Source: Gemmatimonadota bacterium (lineage in GTDB: Bacteria; Gemmatimonadota; Gemmatimonadetes; Gemmatimonadales; GWC2-71-9). From it: a DNA stretch of 64,000 nt. The position numbers and the translations under genes are program-made. The notes under the pieces were generated by a model, which did not search any database, had not been told where the DNA came from, and saw nothing but the letters and a program-made list of their open reading frames with translations. Each line of letters begins with the position of its first letter. Position 1 is the stretch's first letter. This document shows positions 43,453-51,579 of this stretch, piece by piece. Location: the NCBI GenBank assembly GCA_003222035.1, contig QHUS01000052.1, forward strand, positions 6,003 through 70,002. Direction: 5' to 3'.

Positions 43453-46149
43453 CTAATCCGAGGCGAAGATGTGTTGCAGGTCGACGGCGGTGCGCGCGTG
43501 CGCGCGCGCCGCCTGTGCGAACGCGCCAGCGGGGTCGATGCGCGTCACTTTCCCCCACGCCTGCACCGCCTCGTCGTAGCGGTGCAGGCGCGCGAGCGCC
43601 ACGCCGAGCTGAAACAGCGCTTCCACCTGGTCGGGGTCGAACTTGAGCGCGCGCTGGAACGCCTCGAGCGCCTGGGCATCGCGCTTGTCGTCCAGCAGGG
43701 TACGCCCGAGCAGCAGCAGCGCCAGCAGATCGTACGGGTCCTGCTCGAGCATCTCTGCGAGTCGCACGACGGCCTGGCGGTGGCGCCCGGAGCGCCGCAG
43801 CAGGTCGGCCAGCGCCAGCCCGGCCTCGTGAAAGGTCGGCAACGCATCGAGGGCGCGCTCGTAGGCGTCCTGGGCGTCGCGCCACGCTTCCTTGTCCTCG
43901 TGCAGCCGGCCCAGGTCGAGCCAGACCTGGATATAGCCGCGGTCGAGCTCGAGCGCGGACCGGTACGCGGCGAGCGCCCCCGCCTTATCGCCGACCTTGA
44001 GGGCGACGTCGCCCTGCAACTTGTGGAGGTCGGCGCGCCCAGGCGCGCGGGTCTGCGCCCGCTGCAGCGCGACGAGAGCTCCGGCGGCATCGCCTGCCGC
44101 CGCCCGCCCTTTGGCCGCGGCGACGAGGGCATCCACGTTCTCCGGTGCGAGCGCCAGCAGTTCCTCCGCCAGCCCGCGCGCCTCGTCGCCACGCGGGCCG
44201 CCCAGGGCGAACAACGCCTTGACCTCCCCGAGGCGCGCGTCGGCGCGGTCGGGTTCGAGCCCCCGGACCTCGCGGTAGCGCTCGAGCGCCTCGCCGTGCA
44301 GGCCCCGCTTCGCGAAGATGTCGCCCAGCAGCACGCCGGCGTGGGCGCGGCTGGCACCCCGCTGCACGGCGCGCACCGTCTCGGCCGCGGCGACATCCAG
44401 CAGGCCCTTGCTCACGTAATCGCGCGCCAGCGCGAGGGGATCGTCGGCGGACTTGGCGGTTGGCGACTCCGCGGCGGCAACCGCCGGCGCCAGGTCCTGA
44501 AAGATGTTGTCGAGCAGCCGCTCGTCGAAGGTGAAGTCCTCGCCGATCGTCTCGGCCGTCACGTCCGCCGAAATCTCGGGCGCGATGCCGATCGTGCCCT
44601 TCTCGTACTGCAGGTCGATGGTGAGGGCGAACTTCTGTGAGACGTAATAGGGATCGAGCTCGAGCGCCCGTTTTGTGGCGCGCAACGCGCCGTCGAAGTC
44701 GCCCAGGTTGGACAGGGTGAAGCTCAGGTTGTAGTGCGCGCCCGCGTGGTGCGGGTCCACCTCGACGGCGCGCACGAAGGCGTTGCGCGCGTCCTGAAAG
44801 CGCTTCAGCTCCACGAGCACCAGCCCCACGCCGTTCCACGCCGGCGCGGAGCTGGCGTCGCTCGACAGGACCTGGCGGTACGCTTCCAGCGACAGTTGGA
44901 AGCGGCGCAGTTGAAACAGCAGCAGGGCCAGGTTGAGGCGCGCGGCGGTGAACGTCCCCTGGAGCCGCAGCGCGGTCCGGAACGACTCGATCGCGGTGTC
45001 GGCGTCTTTGCCCGAGGCCTGGACCACGCCGAGGTTGTTCCACGCCAGCGCGTACTTCAGGTCCACCTCGACCGCCTGGCGGTACGAGGCGACCGCCTGC
45101 GTCGTGCGGCCCGCCTGGTGCAGAACGACGCCGTGCTCGTTCCAGAGCTTGGGCGAGTCGGGGACTTCGCGGAGCAGCGTTTCGTACAGCTCCAGGGCGG
45201 CCGGGAAGTCGCGCTTCAGGAGGTGAACCTCGGCCGTCGCCTGCAGCGCGAGGCGCCGATCCTCGCCGCGCTCGAGCCCGAGCCGGTATTCGCGCAGTGC
45301 CTCGTTATAGTAGCCCTTCTGCCGGAACGCGAGCCCGAGATTGTAGTGGGCCAGCGCGTTGCCCTCCACCACCTGCGGCTCGGGCGCCAGGCGCTGGCGC
45401 CGCTCCTGCATCTTGCGCTCGGCGTTGTAGCGCTCGAGCGAGAGGTTGGTCTGTGCCCGGGCGAGCGGCGGGTTGAGCTCGATGGCGCGCTTGGAGGACG
45501 CACGCGCCTCCTGATGCCGGCCCATGTCGCCCAGCACGAACGCCATCAGGTAGTGGGCGTTGGCGTTGTCGGGGTTCAGCTCCACGGCGCGCTCCAGGGC
45601 GGCGAGCGCCTCCGTGTTCAACCCGCGATTGTAGTAGATCTCGCCGAGGTAGAAGTGCACGACCGTGGACTCGGGCTCGAGTTCGACGGCGCGCGCGAAC
45701 CAGTCGGTCGCCGCCTCGGGACGGCCCCGGTTCTTTTCCGCGAGCCCGAGCTGGATGATCGCGGCCACATCCTTGGAGCGGTGGGCCAGCAGCTGCTCGA
45801 ACTCTTTGACCGCGTCATCGTGCGCGCCGAGGATCGCGTAGGCGCGTCCCAGCTCCCAGCGGGCGTCGCGGTCGTCGGGCGCCTGGCGGAGGCGCTCGCG
45901 CAACTGCGCGACCCGACGGTCGTAATAACCCGTGTCGTGATAGGCGATCTCGAGGTTGCGCTGCGCGACCTGCATCTTCGGATCGAGCTCGAGCGCGCGC
46001 GTGAACGCCCCGATTGCCTCTTCGACGAGGCCCTTCTGGTAGTAGAGAACGCCGAGATTGTTGTGCGCCCCGGCGTCCGACGGATCGATCCGGCGCGCGA
46101 AGGATCGGAGGACGGCGAGGTCGCGTTCCGAGAGCGCCGGCGCCGTCAC
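43453..46149 (-). CDS. large TPR-repeat protein (898 aa)
   Basis: About 20 consecutive TPR units (e.g. AHNNLGVLYYQKGLVEEAIGAFTRALELDP, VHFYLGEIYYNRGLNTEALAALERAVELNP, AWNNLGVVQASGKDADTAIESFRTALRLQ). Confidence 0.85.
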   Translation of the reverse strand: MTAPALSERDLAVLRSFARRIDPSDAGAHNNLGVLYYQKGLVEEAIGAFTRALELDPKMQVAQRNLEIAYHDTGYYDRRVAQLRERLRQAPDDRDARWELGRAYAILGAHDDAVKEFEQLLAHRSKDVAAIIQLGLAEKNRGRPEAATDWFARAVELEPESTVVHFYLGEIYYNRGLNTEALAALERAVELNPDNANAHYLMAFVLGDMGRHQEARASSKRAIELNPPLARAQTNLSLERYNAERKMQERRQRLAPEPQVVEGNALAHYNLGLAFRQKGYYNEALREYRLGLERGEDRRLALQATAEVHLLKRDFPAALELYETLLREVPDSPKLWNEHGVVLHQAGRTTQAVASYRQAVEVDLKYALAWNNLGVVQASGKDADTAIESFRTALRLQGTFTAARLNLALLLFQLRRFQLSLEAYRQVLSSDASSAPAWNGVGLVLVELKRFQDARNAFVRAVEVDPHHAGAHYNLSFTLSNLGDFDGALRATKRALELDPYYVSQKFALTIDLQYEKGTIGIAPEISADVTAETIGEDFTFDERLLDNIFQDLAPAVAAAESPTAKSADDPLALARDYVSKGLLDVAAAETVRAVQRGASRAHAGVLLGDIFAKRGLHGEALERYREVRGLEPDRADARLGEVKALFALGGPRGDEARGLAEELLALAPENVDALVAAAKGRAAAGDAAGALVALQRAQTRAPGRADLHKLQGDVALKVGDKAGALAAYRSALELDRGYIQVWLDLGRLHEDKEAWRDAQDAYERALDALPTFHEAGLALADLLRRSGRHRQAVVRLAEMLEQDPYDLLALLLLGRTLLDDKRDAQALEAFQRALKFDPDQVEALFQLGVALARLHRYDEAVQAWGKVTRIDPAGAFAQAARAHARTAVDLQHIFASD

Positions 46150-46152
46150 GGG

Positions 46153-46770
46153 TCAGCTCAGGCGGATGGCGTCAAAGATGGCCTTGAGCGACGCCAGATC
46201 GGGGAGCAGCAGGAAGTCGCCCCGCAGCCCGTCCCCCGCGTCGATCTGCAACTCGGTCTCGACGCAGAACACGAAGTCGCGCTCGTGCCCGAAATTCAGA
46301 TAGGTGGTCGTGAGCACCGCCGCCGCCAGGTCCACCACGAGGCTCGGGACGGAGGGCAGCAGCAACATCCCCATGAAGTCCGAGAGCGCATTCAGGTACG
46401 CACCCGCCAGGATGTTGCCCGCCTCCTTGAGACAGGACTGCTCCAGCGCGTCGTACACGGCGGTCGTGCCGATGGGCCGGCGCAGCAGCATGTCGCACAG
46501 CCGGCGGCCCGCCGACTCGGGGAACAAGAGCAGCGTGCGCCCCGTCAGATCCCCCAGCATGTGCATCAGGACCGCCGCCACCACGTCCTGCGGATTGCCC
46601 AGCAGGTCGGGGACCTCTTCGAGGCGCGCGATGTTGATCTGCGGCACGCTGATCATGATCCGGCAGTTCGTGAGCTGCGACAGGGCGGTGGCGGCGTGAC
46701 CGGCGCCGATGTTCGCCACCTCGCGCAACGCGTCGATCTGCCGCTCCTTGAGATCCCGCACGTCCTCCAT
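46153..46770 (-). CDS. cheC: CheY-P phosphatase CheC
   Basis: IDALREVANIGAGHAATALSQL and a second EAGNILAGAYLNALS half-site (the CheC/FliY duplicated motif). Confidence 0.88.
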   Translation of the reverse strand: MEDVRDLKERQIDALREVANIGAGHAATALSQLTNCRIMISVPQINIARLEEVPDLLGNPQDVVAAVLMHMLGDLTGRTLLLFPESAGRRLCDMLLRRPIGTTAVYDALEQSCLKEAGNILAGAYLNALSDFMGMLLLPSVPSLVVDLAAAVLTTTYLNFGHERDFVFCVETELQIDAGDGLRGDFLLLPDLASLKAIFDAIRLS

Positions 46771-46786
46771 TGCGCCTCCGCTCGCC

Positions 46787-48682
46787 CTACACTAGCCCGC
46801 CCGCATCGAGAATCAGCGCGGGCATCCCGTCGCCCATGATCGTCGCGCCGCTGAATACCGGCAGCGTGCCGCGAGGGGCGTCGAATCCCTTGACCACGAT
46901 CTCCTGCTGCCCCAGCATCCCGTCGACCACGATGCCGCTGCGCCGGTCACCCATTTCGAGCACGATGATCGGCCAGCGGGCGGGCGGATCGCCGGCCACC
47001 CCGAGCAGCCGCCGGAGGTGCACCAGCGGAACCACGCGGTCGCGCAGTACGATCGCCTCCCGCCCCTCGACGATGGTCGTGGCCTGTACGCCGAATTCCA
47101 CCGTCTCCGCTACGTAGGTGAGCGGCAGCGCGTAGCGCTCCGGTCCCACCCCGGCGATCAGAGCGCGCACGATCGCCAGGGTGACCGGCAGCCGCATCAC
47201 GAACGTAGTGCCCTTCCCCGCCTCCGTCCGGATATCGAGCGAGCCTCCCAGCGCCCGGATGCGCGTCATGGCCACGTCGATGCCCACGCCGCGCCCCGAC
47301 ACGCTCGTTACGGCCTCGGCGGTCGAGAATCCGGGCCGGGCGAGGACGCGCAGCAGCTGATCGTCGGTGAGCGCCTCGGCGTGCGCATCCACGATGCCCT
47401 CCCGCTTGGCCCGCGCGAGGACCTTCGCGCGGTCGATGCCGCGTCCGTCGTCCCGCACGCTGATCGCGACGCTGGCGCGCTCGCGCACCGCCGTCAGCAC
47501 GATCTCTCCCTCGGGCTTCTTGCCGCGGCGCTTGCGGTCGGCGGGCGACTCGATCCCGTGATCCACGGCGTTCCGCAACAGGTGCAGCAGCGGATCGCCC
47601 AGCTCGTCGAGGATCGCGCGGTCGACCTCGATTTCCTTCCCCTCCACGCGGAACGCGACCTGCTTCCCGAGCTCGCGCGCCAGGTCACGCACCAGCCGGG
47701 GGAAGCGATCGAACACCTGCCACACGGGCGTCATGCGCGCCTGGATGATCTCGGCCTGCAGCTCGCTCGAGAGCCGGGACACCTGAATCGCAACGTCGTC
47801 GATCGCGGGGTCACGCCGCTCGGCGGCGAGCTCGTTGAGCCGGCCGCGCACCGTGACGAGCTCGCCGATGAGATCCATCAGACCGTCGAGCCGTCCGAGG
47901 TCGACGCGGATGTGACGGGTCCTGGCGTCCGGCGTCCCGGCGCCCGACGGACCCGGCGCTTCGGGCGCGGGGCGCCGCTCCTCGCCGCCCACCGTGACGT
48001 GCTCGACGTCCCCCGCGGATCGCACCACCCGTTCGATGTCCCCCGGCGCGGCCGCGCCGCCGATCCGGAAGCTGAACCGCCCGTCGAAGTCCTCGGCCTC
48101 GAATGCCACCTCGGGCGGCGTCACGTCGTGGATCTCGCCCAGCGACCGCGCCTTCTTGAGCGCGAGCACCGCGCGTCCCCCCTTGAGCGGCGCCTCGGCG
48201 CGCAGGGTCACCTGGACCAGCCGTCCCGGCGTGATCGGGCCCGCCACCTCCGGCGCCGGCCCGGGCGTGGCGGTCGGGCGGGCGCCCGATCGAACGCCCG
48301 CGAGCGCCGCGGCCGCGCCGTCGAGATCGGCGACGACCTCCGCGACGTCGATCTCGTCCTCGCGGCCCGCGACCGACAGCTCCACCGCGTGCTCGAGCCC
48401 GTCCCGCGCCCGAAACAGCAGCTGCAGGAGGTCGTCCGTGGCCGGTCGCGCGCCGCGCCGCACCAGGTCGAGCAGGTTCTCGGCCCGGTGGGCCAGGTCG
48501 GTGACGCGCGCATAACCCATCGTCGCCGCCATGCCCTTCACGGTGTGCACGGCGCGGAACAGTCCACCGACCGGTGCGGGGTTGGCGGGAGCCCGCTCCC
48601 AGTCGAGCAGCAGCTGGTTGCAGGCGCTCAAGTGCTCCCGGCTTTCCGCGAGGAACAGCTCGGCGTACTGCGACAGGTCCAT
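46787..48682 (-). CDS. cheA: chemotaxis histidine kinase CheA
   Basis: Hpt domain (FRAVHTVKGMAATMG), a dimerisation region, HATPase (HLLRNAVDHGIE..DDGRGID..GRGVGIDV..GKGTTF) and a C-terminal CheW-like domain. Confidence 0.95.
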   Translation of the reverse strand: MDLSQYAELFLAESREHLSACNQLLLDWERAPANPAPVGGLFRAVHTVKGMAATMGYARVTDLAHRAENLLDLVRRGARPATDDLLQLLFRARDGLEHAVELSVAGREDEIDVAEVVADLDGAAAALAGVRSGARPTATPGPAPEVAGPITPGRLVQVTLRAEAPLKGGRAVLALKKARSLGEIHDVTPPEVAFEAEDFDGRFSFRIGGAAAPGDIERVVRSAGDVEHVTVGGEERRPAPEAPGPSGAGTPDARTRHIRVDLGRLDGLMDLIGELVTVRGRLNELAAERRDPAIDDVAIQVSRLSSELQAEIIQARMTPVWQVFDRFPRLVRDLARELGKQVAFRVEGKEIEVDRAILDELGDPLLHLLRNAVDHGIESPADRKRRGKKPEGEIVLTAVRERASVAISVRDDGRGIDRAKVLARAKREGIVDAHAEALTDDQLLRVLARPGFSTAEAVTSVSGRGVGIDVAMTRIRALGGSLDIRTEAGKGTTFVMRLPVTLAIVRALIAGVGPERYALPLTYVAETVEFGVQATTIVEGREAIVLRDRVVPLVHLRRLLGVAGDPPARWPIIVLEMGDRRSGIVVDGMLGQQEIVVKGFDAPRGTLPVFSGATIMGDGMPALILDAGGLV

Positions 48683-48686
48683 GTGG

Positions 48687-49049
48687 TCAGCCGAGCACGC
48701 GCTGAACGGCCTCGAGCACGCGCGATGGCTGGAACGGCTTCACGACGAAGTCCTTCGCGCCGGCCTGGATCGCCTCGACGACGAGGGCCTGCTGGCCCAT
48801 CGCGCTGCACATGAGAATCTTCGCGTCGGGATCCTGCTTGACGATCTCGCGCACCGCGTCGATCCCGCCCATGTCCGGCATCACGATGTCCATGGTGACG
48901 AGATCGGGCTTGAGTTGGCGGTATTTCTCGACGGCCTGCGATCCCGTTTCGGCCTCGCCCACCACCTCGAAGCCGGCTTGCGCCAGGATGTCGCTGATCA
49001 TCGTCCGCATGAAGATGGCGTCGTCGCAGACGAGGACAGTGTGGCTCAC
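48687..49049 (-). CDS. cheY: response regulator CheY
   Basis: 120-aa single REC domain: VLVCDDAIFMR..LVTMDIVMPDMGG..KDFVVKPF. Confidence 0.92.
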   Translation of the reverse strand: MSHTVLVCDDAIFMRTMISDILAQAGFEVVGEAETGSQAVEKYRQLKPDLVTMDIVMPDMGGIDAVREIVKQDPDAKILMCSAMGQQALVVEAIQAGAKDFVVKPFQPSRVLEAVQRVLG

Positions 49050-49058
49050 ACATCCTCC

Positions 49059-49631
49059 CTAGGAAGACAGAATGGGGGTTAGCAGCGCGTCGGTATCGAG
49101 AACCACGAAGAGTTGACCGGCGCGGCGCCCGACGGCCCGCACTAGCGTCGGATCGATGCCGGGCAGTGCCTGCCGGCGTTCCAGCGCCTCTCCACCCACC
49201 GAGAGGAGGTCCACGACCTCATCGACCGTGAAACCGAGGACCTTTTTGCCCCCGTCCAGCTCGAGCAACACCGTCGTCCCCGCCACGTCTCCCCCTTCTC
49301 CTCCCACCCTCTCTCCCCCTCCACCCGCCCCGCCACCGGTCATGGGGTCTGAGGCGGGGGCAGGAGCAGGGGCAGGGCTTGGGGCGGACCCGGAAGCGGG
49401 GGCGGGGGGGAGGGGGGGGGCGGGGGCGGCCTGACGCAACGCCCGCCATCCCTCCACCACCGTCACGAGGGTGCCCCGCACGTTCACAATTCCTGCCACG
49501 ACTGGGGGCGCCCCGGGGATCCGGGTCGGCTCCAGCCGCGGCAGGATTTCACGGACCCGCTCTGCCTCGGTGGCGCAGAGGAGGTTGCCCACCCGAAACA
49601 GCAGCAGTCGGACGACCCCCGCGTCACTCAT
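49059..49631 (-). CDS. CheW-like protein with a ~50-aa Pro/Ala/Gly low-complexity insert
   Basis: LLLFRVGNLLCATEAERVREIL..VAGIVNVRGTLVTVV..LGFTVDEVVDLL, with the insert APAPPLPPAPASGSAPSPAPAPAPAS..GGGAGGGGERVGGEGGD. The start ATG 49629-49631 overlaps the rluD end. Confidence 0.8.
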   Translation of the reverse strand: MSDAGVVRLLLFRVGNLLCATEAERVREILPRLEPTRIPGAPPVVAGIVNVRGTLVTVVEGWRALRQAAPAPPLPPAPASGSAPSPAPAPAPASDPMTGGGAGGGGERVGGEGGDVAGTTVLLELDGGKKVLGFTVDEVVDLLSVGGEALERRQALPGIDPTLVRAVGRRAGQLFVVLDTDALLTPILSS

Positions 49632-50640
49632 CCGATGCGAAGAAGCCAAGATACTGCAAGGGGTTGCGTTGAGCAAGCAAATTCGAATCGGCCGCTGCTT
49701 CCGCGAGGGCCGGGCGAAGCTCCGCCGGCCATTCCGAGCGCAGCGTCAGCTGCGCACCGCTCACCGGATGGGGGAGGGCCAGCAGAGCGGCGTGGAGCAG
49801 CTGGCGCGGAGCAAGGGCTTCGAGGCGTTCGGCCGCCTGTCGCTGTGACGGCGTGACGCGCCGGCTGCCGCCGAAGGCGTACTCGCGGTCGCCGACCACG
49901 GGGTGCCCGACGTGCGCGAGGTGGACGCGAATCTGATGGGTACGCCCCGTGCCGAGCGTGACCCGCAGCAGATCGGTCTGGGCAAAGCGCGCGGTGACGC
50001 GCACGTGCGTGACCGCGTGGCGGCCGCCCGCCCGTACCGTCATGCGCTTGCGATCCGCCGGATCGCGAGCCATCGGTGCCTCGATGTCCACGGGACTCTT
50101 GGCGAAGTGCCCCCAGGCGAGGGCGGCGTAGACGCGGCTCACCTGGCGCCGCTCGATCAGGCTCGTGAGACGGCGGTGTGCGACGTCGGTCTTCGCCACC
50201 AGGAGGAGCCCCGAGGTATCACGGTCGAGTCGATGCACGATACCGGGCCGCCCTTCGGCCGCGCCGTCCGGCGCGAGCGCCGTCCCCCGCTCCGTCAGCA
50301 CGTTCACGAGCGTGTCATCCCAGTGCCCGGGGCCCGGGTGGACGACCAGGCCGGCCGGCTTGTCCAGCACCGCGAGGTGCTCGTCTTCGTATGCAAACGT
50401 CAGGTCGCGGTGCGCGGGGGCGTAGCTTCTGGGCCGCGGTTCCGCGGCGGGCATGTCGACGGACACCACCGCACCCCGCTCCAGTTGCGTCGAGGCGCGC
50501 AGGGGTCGTCCGTGGAGGGTGACGCGTTTGTCGGCGATGATGCGGGCGGCGACGGTGCGGGACAGCGCTAACTGGTCGGCGAGGAACCGGTCGAGCCGCT
50601 CCGTTTCCGGGGTGAGGATGCAGAAGGTGATGGCGGCCAT
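49624..50640 (-). CDS. rluD: 23S rRNA pseudouridine synthase RluD family
   Basis: An S4 domain (RLDRFLADQLALSRTVAARII) and the catalytic HRLDRDTSGLLLVAK, GRTHQIRVH. Confidence 0.9.
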   Translation of the reverse strand: MAAITFCILTPETERLDRFLADQLALSRTVAARIIADKRVTLHGRPLRASTQLERGAVVSVDMPAAEPRPRSYAPAHRDLTFAYEDEHLAVLDKPAGLVVHPGPGHWDDTLVNVLTERGTALAPDGAAEGRPGIVHRLDRDTSGLLLVAKTDVAHRRLTSLIERRQVSRVYAALAWGHFAKSPVDIEAPMARDPADRKRMTVRAGGRHAVTHVRVTARFAQTDLLRVTLGTGRTHQIRVHLAHVGHPVVGDREYAFGGSRRVTPSQRQAAERLEALAPRQLLHAALLALPHPVSGAQLTLRSEWPAELRPALAEAAADSNLLAQRNPLQYLGFFASDE

Positions 50641-51161
50641 CAGGGCTCGGCCGCGCCGGCCTCCTTCGCGCGCTCGTGCGTCCGCCCTTCGAGCCAGAGG
50701 GAGATCGCGAGCGCGATCGCCCCGACCGTGATCGCCGAGTCGGCCACGTTGAAGGTCGGCCACCGCGCGTTGCCGATTCCCACGTCCACGAAGTCCACGA
50801 CGCCCTGCGCGCTGCGAATCCGGTCGATCACGTTGCCGACCGCGCCGGCGCAGACGAGCGCCAGGGCAACGAGCCGGAAGCGATCGCCCGGGCGCGCCGA
50901 GACCACCATGGAGCGCAGCACGAACAGCGCGACGATCGCCAGCCCGAAGAAGATCCAGCGCGAGTACGCTTCGCCGCCGAGGCACAGGCCGAACGCCGCG
51001 CACTTGTTGAACACGAGCCGCAGCTGGACGAAATCGCCGATGACCTGAATCGGGAGGTGACGCGCCAGAACGGCCTCGGCCACGAGCTTGGTGACCAGAT
51101 CCGCCGCGACGACCGCGCCGGCGATCGTCCAGAACAACCGGCGGTCAGCGGCGTTTTCCAT
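50640..51161 (-). CDS. lspA: lipoprotein signal peptidase II
   Basis: DLVTKLV..NKCAAFG..GAVGNVIDR..VDFVDV..WPTFNVADS. Confidence 0.9.
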   Translation of the reverse strand: MENAADRRLFWTIAGAVVAADLVTKLVAEAVLARHLPIQVIGDFVQLRLVFNKCAAFGLCLGGEAYSRWIFFGLAIVALFVLRSMVVSARPGDRFRLVALALVCAGAVGNVIDRIRSAQGVVDFVDVGIGNARWPTFNVADSAITVGAIALAISLWLEGRTHERAKEAGAAEP

Positions 51162-51579
51162 CTTCCTCCTTCGCCTTGCATTTGATGCACAATCGGGCGT
51201 GGGGCAGCGCATCCAGGCGCTCGAAGCCGATCTCCTCGCCGCATTGCTCGCACTTGCCGAACCTGTCGGGGGCCTGGAACAACCGCCGCAGGGCCTGGTT
51301 CACGTGCCAGAGATACCGGCCCTCTTGCGAGGCGAACAGGAATGCCTTCTCGCGCTCCATCGCGTCCGTCCCCTGATCGGCCATGTGGAACGAGTAGCTC
51401 GAGAGGTCCCCGTCGGAGGCCTGCAGGCTCGAATTGAAGGACTCGTCGTAGTAGCCGAGCTCCTTCATCACCCGGGCGCGCTCCTCGTGGAGGCGCTTCT
51501 CGAGGTGGGCCAGCTGCTTCTTGTTCAGGCCGCCCTTGGTCGCCTTGGACTTGACTTTGGTCTTCGATTTCGTCGGCAT
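51145..51579 (-). CDS. DksA/TraR-family C4 zinc-finger protein
   Basis: CEQCGEEIGFERLDALPHARLCIKCK, preceded by a coiled-coil region. Confidence 0.85.
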   Translation of the reverse strand: MPTKSKTKVKSKATKGGLNKKQLAHLEKRLHEERARVMKELGYYDESFNSSLQASDGDLSSYSFHMADQGTDAMEREKAFLFASQEGRYLWHVNQALRRLFQAPDRFGKCEQCGEEIGFERLDALPHARLCIKCKAKEEDGKRR

